A stretch of DNA of 64,000 bases from positions 46,252,001 through 46,316,000 of the forward strand of contig NW_025963780.1 in assembly GCF_023055435.1 (NCBI RefSeq), written 5' to 3'. Each line of letters starts with the position of its first letter. Position 1 is the stretch's first letter. The DNA comes from Haliotis rufescens (Eukaryota). Shown piece after piece: positions 59,701 through 64,000 of the stretch. The notes beneath the pieces were generated by a model that did no database searches, had not been told where the DNA came from, and was given only the letters and a program-made list of their open reading frames with translations. A program made the translations under genes and the position numbers.

Positions 59701-62700
59701 CTCGCCCAGTGTCTCACAACACTCGCCCAATGTCTCACAACACTCACCCAATGTCTCACAACACTCGCCTAATGTCTCACCACACTCGGCCAATGTCTCA
59801 CAACACTCGCCTAATGTCTCACAACACTCGCCTAATGTCAGACAACACTCGTCCAATGTGTCACAACGCTCGCCTAATGTCTCACAACACTCGACCAATG
59901 TCTCACAACACTCGCCTAATGTCTCACAACACTCGCCTAATGTCACACAACACTCATTCCAATGTGTCACAACGCTCGCCCAATGTCTCACAATACTCGG
60001 CCAATGTCTTACAACACTCGCACAATAATTACCACACTCGGCCAATGTCTCACCTCAAACGCCCAATGTCTCAGAACACTATCCCAATGTCTCATAACAC
60101 TCGACCAATATCTCACAACACTCACCCAATGTCTCACCACACTCGCCCAATGTCTCAGAACACTATCCCAATGTCTCACCACACTCACCCAATGTCTCAC
60201 CACATTCGACCAATGTCTCACCTCAAACGCCCAATGTCTCAGAACACTATCCCAAAGTCTCACCACACTCGACCAATGTCTCACAACACTCACCCAATGT
60301 CTCACAACAATCGCCCAATGTTTCACCACACTCGACTAGTGTCTTACAACTCTCGACCAATGACTCACAAAAACTCGCCCGATGACTCATAACACACGAC
60401 CAATATCCCACAACACTCGACCCATATCTCACAACTCTCGACCAATGACTCACAAAAACGCGCCCGATGACTCACAACACACGACCAATATCTCACAACA
60501 CTCGACCCATATCTCACAACTCTCGACCAATGACTCACAAAACTCGCCCGATGACTCACAACACACGACCAATATCTCACAACTCTCGACCAATATCTCA
60601 CAACTCTCGAGCAATATCTCACAACTCTCAACCAGTGACTCGACAAACTCGCCTAATGTCTCACAACACTCGACCAATGTCTCACAACACTCGCCTAATG
60701 TCTCACAACACTCGCCTTATGTCACACAACACTATCCCAATGGCTCACCACACTCGACCAATATCTCACAACACTCACCCAATGTCTCACCAGACTCTGC
60801 CAATGTCTCACCACACTCGACCAATGTCTCACAACACTATCCCAATGTCTCACCACACTCACCCAATGTCTCACAACACTCGACCAATGTCTCAGAACAC
60901 TATCCCAATGTCTCACCACACTCGACCATTGTCTCAAAACACTCACCCAATGTCTCACAACCCTCACCCAATGTCTTAGAACACTATCCCATAATCTCAA
61001 ACACTCGCAGAATGTCTCATAACACTATCCCAATGTCTCACAACACTCGACCAATGTCTCACAACACTCACCCAATGTCTCACAGCACTCGCCTAATGTC
61101 TCAAAACACTCGCCCAATGTCTCACAACACTCGCCCAATGTCTCACAACACTCACCCAATGTCTCACAACACTCGTTTAATGTCTCACCACAAACGCCCA
61201 ATGTCTCAGAACACTATCCCAATGTCTCACAACACTTGACCAATGGCTCACAACACTCGACTAATGTCTCACAAAACTCGGCCAATGTCCTACAACACTC
61301 GAACAATGACTCACCACACTCGGCAAATGTCTAACCACAAACGCCCAATGTCTCGGAACACTATCCCAATGTCTCACCACACTCACCCAATGTCTCACCA
61401 CACTCGACCAATGTCTCACCACAAACGTCCAATGTCTCATAACACTATCCCAATGTCTCACCACACTCGACCATTGTCTCACAACACTCGTCCTATCTCT
61501 TACAACACTCGGCCAATGTCTTACAACACTCGACCAATGACTCACAAAAACGCGCCCGATGACTCACAACACACGACCAATATCTCACAACACTCCACCC
61601 ATATCTCACAGCTCTCGACCAATGACTCACAAAACTCGCCCGATGACTCACAACACACGACCAATATCTCACAACTCTCGACCAATATCTCACAACTCTC
61701 GAGCAATATCTCACAACTCTCAACCAGTGACTCGAAAAACTCGCCTAATGTCTCACAACACTCGACCAATGTCTCACAACACTCGCCTAATGTCTCACAA
61801 CACTCGCCTTATGTCACACAACACTATCCCAATGGCTCACCACACTCGACCAATATCTCACAACACTCACCCAATGTCTCACCAGACTCTGCCAATGTCT
61901 CACCACACTCGACCAATGTCTCAGAACACTATCCCAATGTCTCACCACACTCACCCAATGTCTCACAACACTCGACTAATGTCTCAGAACACTATCCCAA
62001 TGTCTCACCACACTCGACCATTGTCTCAAAACACTCACCCAATGTCTCACAACCCTCACCCAATGTCTTAGAACACTATCCCATAATCTCACAACACTCG
62101 CAGAATGTCTCATAACACTATCCCAATGTCTCACAACACTCGACCAATGTCTCACAACACTCACCCAATGTCTCACAGCACTCGCCTAATGTCTCACAAC
62201 ACTCGCCCAATGTCTCACAACACTCGCCCAATGTCTCACAACACTCACCCAATGTCTCACAACACTCGTTTAATGTCTCACCACAAACGCCCAATGTCTC
62301 AGAACACTATCCCAATGTCTCACAACACTTGACCAATGGCTCACAACACTCGACTAATGTCTCACAACACTCGTCCAATGTCTCACAAAACTCGGCCAAT
62401 GTCCTACAACACTCGAACAATGACTCACCACACTCGGCAAATGTCTAACCACAAACGCCCAATGTCTCGGAACACTATCCCAATGTCTCACCACACTCGA
62501 CCATTGTCTCACAACACTCGTCCTATCTCTTACAACACTCGGCCAATGTCTTACAACACTCGAACAATGACTCACCACACTCGGCAAATGTCTAACCACA
62601 AACGCCCAATGTCTCGGAACACTCACCCAATGTCTCACCACACTCTGCCAATGTCTCACCACACTCGCCCAATGTCTCACAACACTCGCCCAATGTCTCA

Positions 62701-63385
62701 CAACACTAACCCAATGTCTCACAACACTCGCCTAATGTCTCAGAACACTCGGCCAATGTCTCACAACACTCGCCTAATGTCTCACAACACTCGCCTAATG
62801 TCACACAACACTCGTCCAATGTGTCACAACGCTCGCCCAATGTCTCAGAACACTCGGTCAATGTCTTACAACACTCGAACAATGACTCACCACACTCGGC
62901 CAATGTCTCACCTTAAACGCCCAATGTCTCAGAACACTGTCCCAATGTCTCACCACACTCGACCAATATCTCACAACACTCACCCAATGTCTCACCACAC
63001 TCGACCAATGTCTCAGAACACTATCCCAATGTCTCACCATACTCGACCAATGTCTCACAACACTCACCCAATGTCTCACAACAATCGCCCAATGTTTCAC
63101 CACACTCGACTAGTGTCTTACAACTCTCGACCAATGACTCACAAAACTCGCCCGATGACTCACAACACACGACCAATATCTCACAACACTCGACCCATAT
63201 CTCACAACTCTCGACCAATGACTCACAAATCTCGCCCGATGACTCACAACACACGACCAATATCTCACAACTCTCGACCAATATCTCACAAACCCTCGAC
63301 CAATATCTCACAACTCTCAACCAATGACTCACAAAACTCGACCGATGACACAGCACACTCGACCAATGTATCACAACACTACAAC
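47794..63385. repeat. Large satellite, 21-bp unit (aatgtctcacaacactcgacc), ~740 copies, multi-level higher-order structure
   Basis: Direct periodicity; identical ORF-track blocks offset by 2954 bp (53617/56571, 53087/56041, 55163/58117), 567 bp and ~1092 bp. Confidence 0.98.
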
Positions 63386-64000
63386 ATATTGTAAATTTTC
63401 GAAACATTCTGCACAGGCAGAGATTTATTAAACATATTTTTTTGTTTATTTTATTTATTAATGACAGAATGGCTTCAGTCCAGCAATAATTTTACAACCC
63501 AAAATGCAAAGTATCATTTGCACTAAATTAAAGCAGATGTCATATTTTAAAAGCATTTAGACATTAAATTCCTACAATATCTACATGAAAATTTAAATCC
63601 AGGCTTTTTTCGATTTTTCACAGCTCAACAAAAATAGAACGACTACAATTGTTAGTTGTCAGTAACATTTGTTACAGCTCACAGATGTCACGCAAATTCA
63701 AGAACTATTTAACACTATAAGCATTGAATAAACTAAAGTTTATGTTGAAGATAATATAAATCAGGATTTCTAGAATCTTCTTGAAATAGGATAGTAGATC
63801 GATGCATGCACTTGTGATATTTTACAAGTGGTAACTGCCCGGTTGGCTTTGGGTACCATATTTGTAACATTTATAGTTGTATATGACATAACAAAATATA
63901 CGTGTGAAGAGATTGGCTCACTACGCACGTGAACCAGGCGTATATAGGTTCATGAAGGGGTGCTTGAGCAGTCTGTGTAATCTGGAATCAAGCCTTGAGT

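Noticed and set aside
47640-63407. Long His/Ser/Asn-rich and Cys/Glu-rich (CCETLVE)n ORFs suggesting metallothionein-like or matrix proteins
   Set aside because: Products of a 21-bp unit open in several frames on both strands. Frames switch at indels, and there are no unique termini or visible codon-position bias.

Overview
This is eukaryotic, intron-rich and repeat-saturated DNA, probably from a gastropod mollusc such as abalone (inferred from the SINE families and the gene type). Roughly 70-75% of the window is ~17 unrelated tandem arrays with units of 6-54 bp, and almost all long ORFs in the track are artefacts of those arrays. One real host gene is hidden between them: a minus-strand, signal-peptide-bearing alpha-carbonic anhydrase. 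I assembled 7 GT-AG, phase-compatible exons (36025 to 1166, 921 nt = 307 codons); the last exon(s) lie beyond the left edge. It keeps the three Zn-binding His, Glu106 and Thr199, and carries a Cys/Met-rich symmetric exon at about the position where nacrein-type CAs carry their insert. Two intronic arrays are built from the gene's own splice junctions, giving ~33 tandem donors and ~48 tandem acceptors. A diverged, inverted copy of the gene's 5'UTR/start codon sits in intron 3. Mobile DNA comprises a PIF/Harbinger element nested in another Harbinger (both with TIRs and TWA TSDs, both internally deleted), a 5'-truncated Tc1 (DD34E), two Penelope-like RT fragments plus a decayed hammerhead, a CR1/L2-group LINE fragment, several SINEs (one inflated to 5.7 kb by a 22-bp internal array, TSDs intact) and a MITE-like inverted repeat.
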